NCBI RefSeq assembly: GCF_004010195.1
Contig: NC_057719.1
Coordinates: 2,883,735-2,947,734, forward strand
Direction of reading: 5' to 3'
DNA from: Chiloscyllium plagiosum
Taxonomy: Eukaryota
Length of the DNA: 64,000 nt
Shown here in pieces: positions 25,903-37,000 of the stretch. The position numbers were made by a program, and so were the translations under genes. The notes under the pieces were generated by a model that worked only from the letters and a program-made list of their open reading frames with translations, ran no database searches and was not told the DNA's origin. How positions within the stretch are numbered: position 1 is the stretch's first letter; each line of letters starts with the position of its first letter.

Positions 25903-27785
25903 ATTAAAAATCACAACACCAGGTTACCCTACTGCAAACCCACTGATAACCTCACAATGCTGCAATTCTCTAGCTTCCATCCTAAACATTAAAACAGCAA
26001 CCCCCTACAGACAAGGGCCATTCAGCTCCTAACCCCATTACAGCCTTGGTTTAAACATGGACAAAAGATCTGAATTCCAGAAGTGAAGTGAAAGCCCTAC
26101 GCATACACAGGATCTGTTCAGATGAGGAAGAACGTAACGGACACCTGAGAATTCTGAAGGACACCCTCAAGAATAGGGTACGATGCTTAACTTATCAGTC
26201 ACCAGTTCTAATGTGCCACAGTGAGAAACTGTAATGACCTCCTTAGGAGACAAAAACGGGATGTAACCGATACGGTACTTTTTGTTGGCCAGTACTTCCT
26301 GAGAGTGGAGAAACTATACCATGTTCTTCACAGCCTTCAACACATTATCGATGAGGATAAGCACCTCACCAAGACCTTCCATCCACCTCCACTTCTCGCC
26401 TTTAAACAAGCACCAAACCTTAAACAGACCCTTGTTCGCAGCAAACTGCCATGCCTTCAGGACAACATTGACCACAACACCATACAACCCTATCATGACA
26501 ATTACTGCAAGACATGTCAGTATCAACACAGATACCACCATTACATGCGGAGATACCACCCACCATGCACACGGCAGGTCCTCATGTGACTCAACCAACA
26601 TCCATGTCATACTCTGCTGGCAAGTATGCCAGAGGCATGGTACACTGGCGAGACCAAACAAACACCACAACAACGGGTGAATGGACACCATGTAACAATC
26701 GCCAGACAAGGTTGTTCCCTCCCAGTCGGGGAACATTTCAGTCATCAGGAACATTTGGCCTCAGATCTTTTGGTGACCATCCTTGAAGGCAGACCTTGGG
26801 ATATGCAACAATGCAAGGTGGCCAAGCAGAGGTTGATAGTCAAGTTTGGTACCCATGAGGTTGGCCTCAACTAGGACCTTGAGTTCATGTCACACTACAG
26901 GTGATCCCACTACAATATACACTGTCTCACACTCTTATATACTCACACTCATGCAGACCCTCGCTCATACATACCCTCTCTCAACACACACCGCCCACAC
27001 TCACCCATGCACACCGTCTCTGACAGGCTTTTACTGCATCACACTCACACTCGACCAAGTGCGCGCGCGCACACTCATTTGCATACATATTCAGTCTCTC
27101 TTCCACCTCCCACTCCCCCCAAATCCCGCACATACACAAGTCTATGGGGTGAATTGGCATTTGCAGGTAAATTCTATTTTGCTCAAAAAGCAAGCAATCA
27201 ATGGAGGCAGTCAAGTCATGCCACATTTTATAAATTCCTACTTTTGAAATAGAACCGTTCTGACTCAAGATTAGGATATAGACACGTCATACCTTTAATG
27301 CACTGTTTGAGCTGCGATGTCACTTTTTTCATAAAACCTCAAGTTATTTCGAGAATATGACTTAAAAGAAATTCTGAGATTTACATATTAATAAATAGAA
27401 ACCTGCAATCCATTCTAAAAGATGGAAGACTTAACAGCAATCAAGGTTTGTTCAATATATTGTTTCAGCTGCAGGACACTGAACAGCATTTGAAAGGTAT
27501 CTGGGTGGGTATATGAATAGGCAGGGTTTAGAGGGATCTGGGTCAAGTGCTGGAAAATGGGACTAGATTAGGTTAGGCTATTTAGTCTGCATGGACAGCT
27601 AGACTGAAGGGTCTGTTTCTGTGCTGTACATCTCTAGGACACTGATCTTTTGCTATAAATTCTGTGTTTTACAATCCTGCTCCACAGCTACCTGATGAAG
27701 GAGCAGCGCTCCAAAAGCTAGTACTTCCAATTAAACCTGTTGGATTATAAATGTGATTTTTAACTTTGTCCACCCCAGTACCTCT
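25903..27785 (+). mobile_element. Penelope-like element (RT C-terminus, GIY-YIG endonuclease, terminal repeat)
   Basis: PPLLAFKQAPNLKQTLVRSKLP, CKTCQ, NIHVILC...WYTGETKQT..QRVNGH..PVGEHF; terminal repeat with hammerhead motif at ~27689-27722; short inverted copy of the terminus at 25903-25925; CR1 tail inserted at ~27482-27640. Confidence 0.9.
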
Positions 27786-28330
27786 AAGATGACAGCAGAG
27801 TTGGACTCCTCAACTGGAGCTCATCCACTCTATCCATTTCCTTTCTTCTTGGTCTCTCTTTTCCTATCTTTGTCCTTATTTCTTCTTACCTCTCATCCTC
27901 GAGTGAAGTCATCACAGACTCCTGGCCTTGAAGTACATCCAGAGCAGACTCGTGGTGTTAGCCTAGCTTTGAGACCATTAAGGTGAAGCCCAGCGCCGTC
28001 TGGATGCAAGTGCTGGTGTAGACTGAAGGCAAGGCCCAACGCGGGGTGGTGGCTAGGTGCCAATATGGACTGAGTTGGAAGGACTGTTATTCCGAACATT
28101 TTATTTCTTTATTTTTCTATTTCTATGATTTGGTGCTTTTGTATTCAAGATGCGTGAAGGTCTGTAATGCAGGACTTTTTATTTCTTTATTTTTCTAATT
28201 TTTTTCTTAAGAACTTGTCCTTAAGAATCTGTATGGAGGTACATTTGTACTTTAGATGGCACCATAAGTAGTGGCTTGTAGATTTTTCACTGTACCCACA
28301 CGAGTATGTGACAATAAAAAGTTAACTCTA
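27785..28330 (+). mobile_element. Non-autonomous retroelement with Rex1-like 3' tail
   Basis: Starts taagatgacagcagagttggactcc; ends tttttcactgtac...tatgtgacaataaa. Confidence 0.6.
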
Positions 28331-28812
28331 ATCTCCAATAAGATACAAACTAATCATCACTTCTTGACATTTAACAGTGTTACCATCACTGAATCCTCCA
28401 CTAACATCCTGGGTGTTTCCACTGACCAGAAGCTCAACTGGACTCACCAAGTAAAGGCAGTAGCTGCAAGGTCAGGTCAAAGGGTAGGAATACTTCAGTG
28501 AGCAACTCACCTTCTGACTTCCCAAAACCAAACAAGACACAAGTCAGGGATGTGATGGAATATTCCTCACTTGCCTGGATGGGTGGAGTTCCAACAAGTT
28601 TGACATCATCCAGGACAAAGCAGCCTGCATCCGCAAGCATCCACTCTTTTCACAGCACCACTGTATACCATGTACAAGATGTATGGAAAGAAATTTGCAA
28701 AGATGTTCAGACACCTTCCAAGCACATTACTTTCATTGAAGAGGACAAGGGCAACAGATACATGGTAATAATACCACCTGCAGGCTACTCACTATCTTGA
28801 CTTGGAAATATA

Positions 28813-29236
28813 CTGTATATACTCGAATAGTCTTTGATCTCACGTAAAAGTCGACACACCATTTTTGGCCAAAAAAATCTGGAATTTGCTATATGTAAAA
28901 GTCGACCCTAGTTCTTCACAAATAACGGATCAACATGTACGAGTAAGTGTGCCAGTCATTGCGTTCCGCTCCAGGTTTCTAATCTGCAGGTCATCCTGCT
29001 CTGTTCTGGGTCTTCCAGCTGTTGTGCTTTGTTCCAGGTTTTCAAAATTCCTGTAATTCATTGTGTTTTTTTCTTCATTCGTTTAGAGATGAACTGGGCT
29101 TCTGATAATGATGGTATGAATTCTGACGGACATCAAATTTTGCCATTCAAAAGTAGTATCCATGTAATAGTTGACCCCATAAATTTAACCGTAAGTAGTA
29201 GTCAAAAAAATTCAACTATTACTGGAGTATATATGA
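28813..29236. mobile_element. Tc1-mariner (Tc2/pogo-like) MITE
   Basis: Imperfect TIRs ctgtatatactcgaatagtc / aactattactggagtatatatga, TA on both sides; cleanly interrupts a LINE. Confidence 0.75.
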
Positions 29237-29495
29237 TATTCCCATTTGTTCACTGTCACTTGGCCAATTCCTAGAATTCCCTCCCTTAGGGCACTGTGGG
29301 TCAACCAACAGCAACAAAAAGGCAGTTCACCACTATCTTCTCAAGGGCATCTCAGGATGGGCAATATATGCTAGCCAGCTAGTGACATCCACTTCCTACA
29401 AGTGAATAAGAAAAAAAAGCTTAATTTTAAAAACCCACTGTGAAGTGACTTTGGACTTAAAAGTAATGTCTAAGTACAAGTGTTGTACAGATAAT

Positions 29496-29776
29496 GGGCG
29501 GCACAGTGGTTAGCACTGCTGCCTCACAGCGCCAGAGACCTGGGTTCAATTCCCGCCTCAGGCGACTGTGTGGAGTTTGCACATTCTCCCCGTGTCTGCG
29601 TGGGTTTCCTCCGGGTGCTACGGTTTCCTCCCACAGCCCAAAAAAATGTGGTTAGGTGAATTGACCATGCTAAATTGCCCATAGTGTTAGGTGCAGGGGT
29701 CTGGGTGGGTGTGCTTCGGCAGGTCGGTGTGGACTTGTTGGGCCAAAGGGCCTGTTTCCACACTAAGTAATCTAAT
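29496..29776 (+). mobile_element. HE1 (V-SINE), young
   Basis: gggcggcacagtggttagcactgctgcctcacagcgccagagacctgggttcaattccc...; CpGs retained; tail taatctaa. Confidence 0.92.
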
Positions 29777-30054
29777 AAATAATGGAGATGAATTTTAACA
29801 CAAAGTGATAACTCTGTCAGAAATCAGGGATAAAGTAAAGCAAATAATTCTAAAGGATTATAAGAGCAGAAAAACCTGGGGGTACGTATTTGCACAGATC
29901 AGGCAAGTTGAGAAAGTATATGTCAAGATATTAAGGATTACAGGCTTTATGAATGAAGAAATGGATGACAAAATAAGGTCAGCATGACAAACCTCTAACA
30001 TACTTGTTCAGCCTCAAATATAAAGGTGTGTCCAATTCTGAACTCCAAAAAGAC

Positions 30055-31045
30055 AGGGGATGGTCGTTTTTCAGACTGGAGGCCTGTGACCAGCAGTGTG
30101 ACATAAAGATCAGTGTTGGGTCCACTGCTCTTTGTCATTTATATCAATGATTTTGGATGTGAACATAGAAGGTATGGTTAGTATGTTTGCAGATAAAACC
30201 AAAATTGGAGTTGTAGAGGATGTACTCTGAAGTTAAGAGTATAAGAGGATCTTGATTAGATGGACCAATGGACCTTAATGGCAGATGGAACTTAATTTAG
30301 ATAAATGTGAGGTGTTGACTTTGGAAAGGCAAATCAGGGCATGACTTGTACACTTAACAGTAAGGTCCGGGGCAGTGTTGCTGAACAGTTTCATTAGTTC
30401 CTTGAAAGTGGAGTTGCAGGTAGTGAAGGCAGCATTTAGTATGCTTGTCTTTATTGGTCAGTGCATTGAGTATAGGAATTGAAAAGCCATTTTGCAGCTG
30501 TAAAGACATTGGTTAGACCACTTTTGATATACTGTGTGCAATTCTGGTCTCCCTGCTATAGGAAGGATGTTGTGAAACTTGAGAGGGTTCAGAAAAGATT
30601 TACAAAGATGTTGCCTGGACTGGGGGGTTTGAGTTGTAGGGAGAAGCTGAATAGGCTGGAGCTAGTTTTCCTGAAGTGTCAGAGGCTAACAGATGACTGC
30701 AGAGATTTATAAAATCATGAGGGGACATGGATAGGGTAAATAGACACGGTATTTTCCCCAGGGAAAGGGAGCCCAAAATTAGAGGGCATAGGTTTAAGGC
30801 AAGAGGGGAACGATTTAAAAGGGATCTCAGGGACAACTTTTTTTTTTACAAGAGGGTGGTGCAGGTATGGAATGAGACTCCAAGGAAATGGCAAAAGCTG
30901 GTACAATTACAACATTTAAAAGGCATCTAATGTGTACGCTAAAAGGAAGGGTTTAAAGGGATATGGGCCAAATGGGATTAGATTAATTTAGGAAAGCTGG
31001 TGGACATGGACAAGTTGCAATGATTATAGACTCCATGAGTCTATA
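30055..31045 (+). mobile_element. 5'-truncated CR1 LINE
   Basis: ORF 30479-30712 LVRPLLIYCVQFWSPCYRKDVVKLERVQKRFTKMLPGL plus 3' tail. Confidence 0.93.
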
Positions 31046-31129
31046 GGCAGTTGGAGTTGTAGATCAGGAATTGGATAGTCAGCCCTGACAGAACAAGAGT
31101 CAGGTACAATCGCTGATTATTGCTTGAAA

Positions 31130-31350
31130 AAAAGTCACAGACTCCCCACAGTGTGGAAGCAGTCTTTTCGGCCCATCGGGTTCACACCATCCCATCCCAT
31201 CCTGTTCCTTTCCCCCCCCTCAAATAACCCTGCAATTCCCCATGGGCTAATTCACCTCCCCTGTACACCCCCCACATCATGCTAAATTGTTCGCAGTGTC
31301 AATCCAAATAACCTGCCGATGTGCAGAGCCATGTGGCGGGAAAAAAAGAC
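31130..31350 (-). mobile_element. Degenerate HE1-like SINE fragment
   Basis: acagtgtggaagcag..ttcggccc.. and ggctaattcacct match the reverse tail and core of other HE1 copies. Confidence 0.55.
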
Positions 31351-32100
31351 TGGGAGCGAGACCACCTCAGCTAGACGAGAGCTGGAGTGGACACGATGGG
31401 CCGAATGTCCTCGCTCGCTCCTACCAGCGGGGTGGGCACAGTACTGCAGGAGACGGGAAAGAGAGAGCATTCTGGCCGACAGATAAGCTCACCGCATACC
31501 CCACATGCCGTACTCTTTGCAATGAGCAGCAAGGGGCCGCGACCAGGAACTAATGCTCCCGCCTGGAAAAACCACGAGGCGTACCGCCCCACCCGAGAAA
31601 ATACACTCGACAAAAAACCAACAAAACACCCCGCCATCACCATGACACATCCACGACCCCAACATTGCAAACTCACGTCGCTTGTCCAACCCCCCCCAAG
31701 GAACGTTTTACTGGGCACAGCCGCCAGTTACCAATCACGATCAGATCAGCTCGAGCGCGCCTTCCAGAATGATCGCCAGCAGCCGCTAAGAGTGCGCGTG
31801 CGCGGACGCCGGCCAGCGCGGAGAGCCGCTACTGCGCACGCGCGGTGCCGTCGCCGCCACCAGTACGCAAGCGCGAATCTGTTCGCGTGCAACCGTCGCA
31901 CCTCTTCCCACCCAGTCCACACATGCGCAGTACAATTAGGCGGGATCCGCCGGCGCAGCTCGTGTCTTCTCTCGGGGGGGGGGGGGGATCGTTGCTGGAA
32001 TCGCCTCAACTTCTGCCCGAAACGTGTAATTGGATCACAAGAGTGCCACTCACATGCCTCACCGCCACCACACCCCTGAACATTGTATCGTCTCCAGGAG
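31300..32100. promoter_or_regulatory. CpG island, probable bidirectional promoter
   Basis: Only extended CpG-rich non-repeat tract in the window; NRF1-like TGCGCGTGCGCG (31793-31804), TGCGCACGCGCG (31833-31844), CATGCGCA (31922-31929); CCAAT at 31731 and ATTGG at 32029; outward-facing splice donors at 31492 (-) and 32101 (+). Confidence 0.8.
31493..31665 (-). CDS. First coding exon of an unidentified gene; product resembles a mitochondrial presequence
   Basis: Donor gcg|gtgagc at the CpG-island edge; ATGs at 31665/31506 (phase 2, ...MWGMR) and 31643/31637 (phase 1, MAGCFVGFLSSVFSRVGRYASW...); start codon and frame unresolved. Confidence 0.55.
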
Positions 32101-32149
32101 GTAAAGGATTTATGGAAGAAAAATAACCCCAAAGAATTGTGGGGTTAAG

Positions 32150-32300
32150 AAATAAGAAACTGAAATTTCTGGAAAAAAAATAGCAAGTTTGGCAGCATCT
32201 GTGGAGAGGAAGCAGAGTAAACGTTTCAGCTCCAATGAGCCAAAAGAAGGGTTCTGAAGAAAGGACCTGTTGGCTTTTCCCAGCAGTTTCTGCTTTTGTT
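32150..32300. mobile_element. Penelope-derived palindromic element, family A (also 35525-35635, 36775-36946, 38055-38185, 54272-54496, 54978-55215)
   Basis: ctggaaaa..cagc..tctggcagcatctgtggagag arm and its reverse complement around a central ctga(a/g)ga..gaaac motif. Confidence 0.7.
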
Positions 32301-32414
32301 GAGTATTTGTGGAGTCTTTTTACAGCACAGGAAAAGGCCCTTTGACCTATTGCATTGGTACCAGTCATAGAGTCATATAACTTTCATGAATTATAGGATA
32401 AATGCTGCAGATTA

Positions 32415-32607
32415 GAGTTGAGAGTGTGGTGCTGGAAAATCACAGCCGGCCAGACATCATTCCAGGAGCAGGAGAATCAACATTTCGAGCATAAGCCCTT
32501 CATCAGGAATGAGCTGATGATTCCTGATGAAGTACTTATGCTGGAAATGTTGATTCTCCAGCTCCTCGGATGTTGCCTGACCAGCTGTGCTTTTCCAGCA
32601 CCAGTCT
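32415..32607. mobile_element. Penelope-derived palindromic element, family B (also 60150-60372; fragment 50278-50320)
   Basis: ~90-bp inverted arms (tggtgctggaaaa.cacagc...cttcatcaggaat / attcctgatgaag...gctgtgcttttccagcacca), each with a hammerhead core. Confidence 0.8.
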
Positions 32608-32940
32608 GTCATAGAGTAATAGATTGTACAGCACAGAAACAGACCCTTTGGTCCAATGCGTCCATGCCAACCAGATATCCCAACCCAATCTAGTCCCACC
32701 TGCCAGCACCGGTCTCCCCGACTCCAGGGAAAAGACTTTCTCTATTTATCCTATCCATGCCCCTCATAATTTTGTAAACCTCTATAAAGTCACCCCTCAT
32801 CCTCTGACTCTCCAGGGAAAACAGCCCCAGCCTGTTCAGTCTCTCCCTGTAGCTCAGATCCTCCAATCCTGGCAACATCCTTGTGAATCTTTTCTGAACC
32901 CTTTCAAGTTTCTTTTTTTCTGAATCCTTTCAAGTTTCGA
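32605..32940 (-). mobile_element. CR1 3' end with internal deletion
   Basis: ORF 32690-32878 MLPGLEDLSYRERLNRLGLFSLE joined directly to the 3' tail. Confidence 0.9.
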
Positions 32941-33094
32941 CCCACATTTACCAATTCTAATCCCATTTTCTAGCAATTGGCCCATAGCATTGAGGCTCTG
33001 GTGCTTTAATGGTTAATCTAAATATCTCTTAAATTGTGTTAAGGGTTCCTGCCTCTTATCAGTTTTTTAGACCCTCCCTTTCACCTGTACTTTC

Positions 33095-33545
33095 CAGATA
33101 GTCAACACAGACAAACAAGCAGGAAACTTGCCACCAGGATACATGAACACCAACTAGTCACCAAAAGACATAATCCGCTATCACTAATTTCCACGCATCC
33201 AGACAAAGACGGACACCACTTTGACTGGGACAACACACACATCCTAGGACAAGAAAACAAAGATACGCAGGAGAATTCTTAGAGCCTGAGCATTCTAACT
33301 GGAACTCCATCAATAAACGCATTGAATTAGACTCCATCTACCTTCCCTACGTAAAATGACATCACTTACCTCAAGAAACCAAGATAATAAATAGAGAGAT
33401 GGACATGCCACCAGCGCTTCACCAGAGACTCTCACTGATGATGTTACCTAGTCATGGTGACGAAATGTCGGAAAACAAACCTTCCAGCTCAGTAAGCTAA
33501 CTTACATCTATATCATCAACCTGAGCTCCCAATCTTAAAAATCGC
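33095..33545 (+). mobile_element. Penelope-like element 3' fragment (GIY-YIG plus terminal repeat)
   Basis: QTSRKLATRIHEHQLVTKRHNPLSLISTHPDKDGHHFDWDNTHILGQ; hammerhead motif at 33432-33472. Confidence 0.85.
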
Positions 33546-33654
33546 AAAAAAAATTCTTAAAACTTGCCTAAACCTCCTGCCCATTACCTTAAAAGTGTGC
33601 CCCTTTGTTACTAATCCTATACAAAGGAGAAGAGGTTTCTCCCTATTTACCATA

Positions 33655-34070
33655 ATCATAAAACCATGAGACATAGGAGTGGAAGTAAGGCCATTTGTCC
33701 CATCGAGTCCACTCCACTATTTAATCGTGGCTGATGAGCATTTCAACTCCATTTACCCACAATCTCCTTGTAGCCCTTAATTCCATGCGAGATTAAGAAT
33801 TTATCAATCTCTGCCTTGAAGATATTTAATGGCCTGGCCTCCACTGCACTCCATGGCAATGAATTCCACAGGCCCACCACTCTCTGGCTGAAATGTCTCC
33901 TCATTTCCATTCTAAATTGACCCCCTCTAATTTTAAGGCTGTGCCCATGGGTTCTAGTCTCCCCGTCTAATGGAAACAACTTCCCAGTGTCCATCTTTTC
34001 TAAGCCATGCATTATCTTGTAATTTTATATTAGATCTCCCCTTAACCTTCTAAACTCCAATGAATATCCA
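33655..34070 (-). mobile_element. CR1-clade LINE 3' end
   Basis: ORF 33743-34012 (TRTHGHSLKIRGG...FSQRVVGLWNSLP). Confidence 0.9.
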
Positions 34071-37000
34071 TGCCCCTCAGGGCTTTGTTTGCCTCAATCA
34101 GACTCCCATCCGCACCCTTCTCTGCTCTGAGGAAAACAACCCCAACTTGTCTCGTGTCTCATCATAGCTGGATCACTCGAACTCAGATTAGGATCAGATT
34201 AAAAACAATAACAAAAATGGACCAGAAGCAAAAGTTATGATTGGGAATGATTGACAAAAGAATCATGGAAGAAGTTTTCTTGCACTGTGTAGTCAATGAG
34301 ATCACATTCACGCTTCTACACTTCAGGAAGGAGAGGCTCTGTTTTCACAAACCTATCTTATATAACCCTCTTCACTGAATCTTGACTTTACCCATAGCTA
34401 TATCCTTATATATCAAGTCCAATTTTTTTTTAGAAAAGAACCTTAATCATATGTGGAGTTTCTGGGAGATTTTAGATGGCAGTTAAGAGTAAGCACATCG
34501 CTGTGGGTCTAGAATCACATATAGAATGGTAGATGAGTTCCAAACCCATATCTTCACTTTCTCCTCCTGATTATCAAACTTACCAAAACTCCTGCTGTTT
34601 TTCAGTTCTGGCCTCTTCTGTATCATCACTTTGTGGCCCTGACATCAGCTGCCTGGGCCCTAAAATCTGGAAACCCTATCCTAAGCTTTTCCACCTCTTT
34701 CTCCTCAATGGTGCTGCTGAAAACCTACCTCCTTAACCAAATGCTTGGTCAACTGATCTCCGTTCCTTGTTCAATGAGATAATACTTGTGGATGAAAGTT
34801 GGAATTGTTTATTATGTTAAAGATGCTTTAAAAATATAAGCTTCAGTCATAAAGTGAAGGTTATGGAAGTACGGTATATGAGCAAATAGTAGAAAGTGAG
34901 CTTGTTGCTTGGTATTCTGGCGAGATAAGGTGGTGTAACTGAGCAGTTCATAGTTTGCAGTTTTCTCCTTGAAGCAATGACAGTATCTGTGCTGTAGATG
35001 GGAGTGTTCGCTGGTTTATGAAGGATACTAATTATTGTAGACAAACAAACTGAAATTATTACTGGCTAATTTTTTTACCAAATATTGTATTCTTATACAA
35101 ATATAAACATAATATTCAGAAAAAGGAAATGTTTTATTTATCCCCTCAAATGGAATAGTTTACCAGCAATTCTCTCTGTTTTCTTTTATTTCATTTTCTT
35201 TCCTTCACTTCTGAGTCTTTCTTTCCCTTTCTGCAATCAATGTTGCTAACTAGGGCACCCTTCTCACTGCTGCTGTTTGCAATGCAGTAATTCAACATTA
35301 TCTGATGGAGAAAGCTACTCAGTACTTGATTCACAAGCTGTACAATGTGACATTTCATCTCTAAAAGATTTTTGAAGCTCTTAGATTGCACACTTGAAGG
35401 GAACAGTACACAATCTTATTTCTCCATGATGAGAAGGTGGAAAATAAAGATTCACAAAGCTAAAACCAGGATGGAGATTTTATATCTGTCAAGAAAGTTT
35501 GAATAGACTAGACTTCTACATGAACAGAAAGAACTGCAGATGCTAGAAATCTGAAACAAAAACAATGTTGGAAAAACTCAGTATGTATGGCAGCATCTGG
35601 GGAGAGAGGAGTTAAAGTTTCCTTTCATCAGAATGCATTAGGACTCTATAGAAAATATAGGTAGAAGTCTTTCAGATTAATAAAGGGTTCAGTAGTAGGG
35701 ATATGGAGCATATCCCCATTTCATGTGATGTTTGACCTATTTAGAGCTATTTCTGAGCCTTAGCCAGCTGTTCTGCGACGCTCATGAAGGCAGGAATACT
35801 TCCTGTTTCCACAAAACGCAAGAACTAGCAACAGGAGTAAGCAATTCAGCCCCTCAAATCTGCTCCACCATTTGATATGATGGAGGCTGACATCATCTCT
35901 GCCTCAATTTCACTTTCCTACCTGCTTCCCCTAACCTTTTAACTCACTTGTGAAGTAAAATTCTGTCTATCTCAATCTTAAATTTATCCAGTGGTCTAGC
36001 ATCCACCACACTCTAGGGCAGTGAATGACACAGATTCACAATCCTTTGAGAGGGGTATTTCCTTGTTCCCATTTTAAATCTGCCAGCCCTCAGTCTAAAA
36101 TTGTAATCTCTCATTCTGAATTGCCCCAGAGGGAAACAACTTGTGAATAATAATTCACAATTAACACTTGTGAATAATGATTCATTCTGAATTGCCCCAT
36201 GGGGAAACATTTGTGAATAATATACACATCACAAATAATCCAACTTAACCCCCTGTGTCCACTTCATGAAAAGTATAAATCAATCTGATTGGAAAGAAAG
36301 ACTTTCAGGACATATCAATGTGTTTTACAGTCAAGAAATTACTTTTGAAGTTGTTGTGCAGCTAATTTGCACAAAGCAAGGTCCTTCAAAAATCATTGTG
36401 ACGATGATCAGATAATGAGTGGAATCATACAGGGGCCTGAACAACATGGGCTATGTTAAGGTTTGTGGCAGAATTGTGCAAGCCCAAAGGGCCTATTTAG
36501 ATGCACAGAGCAATCTGTTATGCATTTGTCAAATGGCAGCATGTGTTCTTCATTAGACAGATGCAAATTGCCCACTGATTGGGATTATAGCCTGTTAAAC
36601 ACCTTATCAACACCAAATTTCTTGTCATTATTATTCAGCTTCCTGTCTTACCAAATGGACTGAACAAGCTAAACGTCTCAATGTGGAAGTTAGTGCAGGT
36701 ACCTGTTACTTAGCTTACTGCTTGCTTCAAAGCATCTCCATGTTGAAAACTGGGCCCCAACATCTCAGGAAAACCAAAAGAACTGTAGATGCTATAAATC
36801 AGAAACAAAAACAGAAGTTGCTGGAAAAGCTCAGCGGATCTGGCTTCTGAGGAAGGGTCACCAGCCCCAAAACATTGAATCTAATTTCTCTTCACAGATG
36901 CTGCCAGACCTGCTGAACTTTTCCAGCAACTTCTGATTTTTGTTCCCAACATCTCAAGGCACACTGTGTGGTGCTCAATTGCTCTGAGCCTACCTAGATG

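Larger units (their letters stand above)
21480..29410 (+). mobile_element. One old LINE fragmented into ~21480-22450, 25251-25903, 28330-28811 and 29238-29410 by nested insertions
   Basis: EN motif DFNVHH; RT pieces PTIWKIVILCSVHKKQNKFNPANYLPICLLLIIS and gttcctcagggtagtg; QVRDVMEYSSLAWM; segments rejoin colinearly; exact clade not determined. Confidence 0.75.

Noticed and set aside
29496..29570. tRNA-like sequence
   Set aside because: It is the head of an HE1 SINE, followed by V-core and LINE-like tail; not a tRNA gene
31493..31643. Assignment of the minus-strand gene to PCCA, OPA1, GFM2 or FAM210B
   Set aside because: Only superficial N-terminal similarity; the downstream exon sequences do not match what I recall of those proteins
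31387..32079. 230-aa plus-strand ORF
   Set aside because: Stop-poor GC-rich CpG island with a GTG start and no recognisable domain
36108..36222. ~70-bp local direct duplication; also 17-bp repeats at 10891-10935 and a CT microsatellite at 48316-48368
   Set aside because: Ordinary slippage or duplication events with no sign of function
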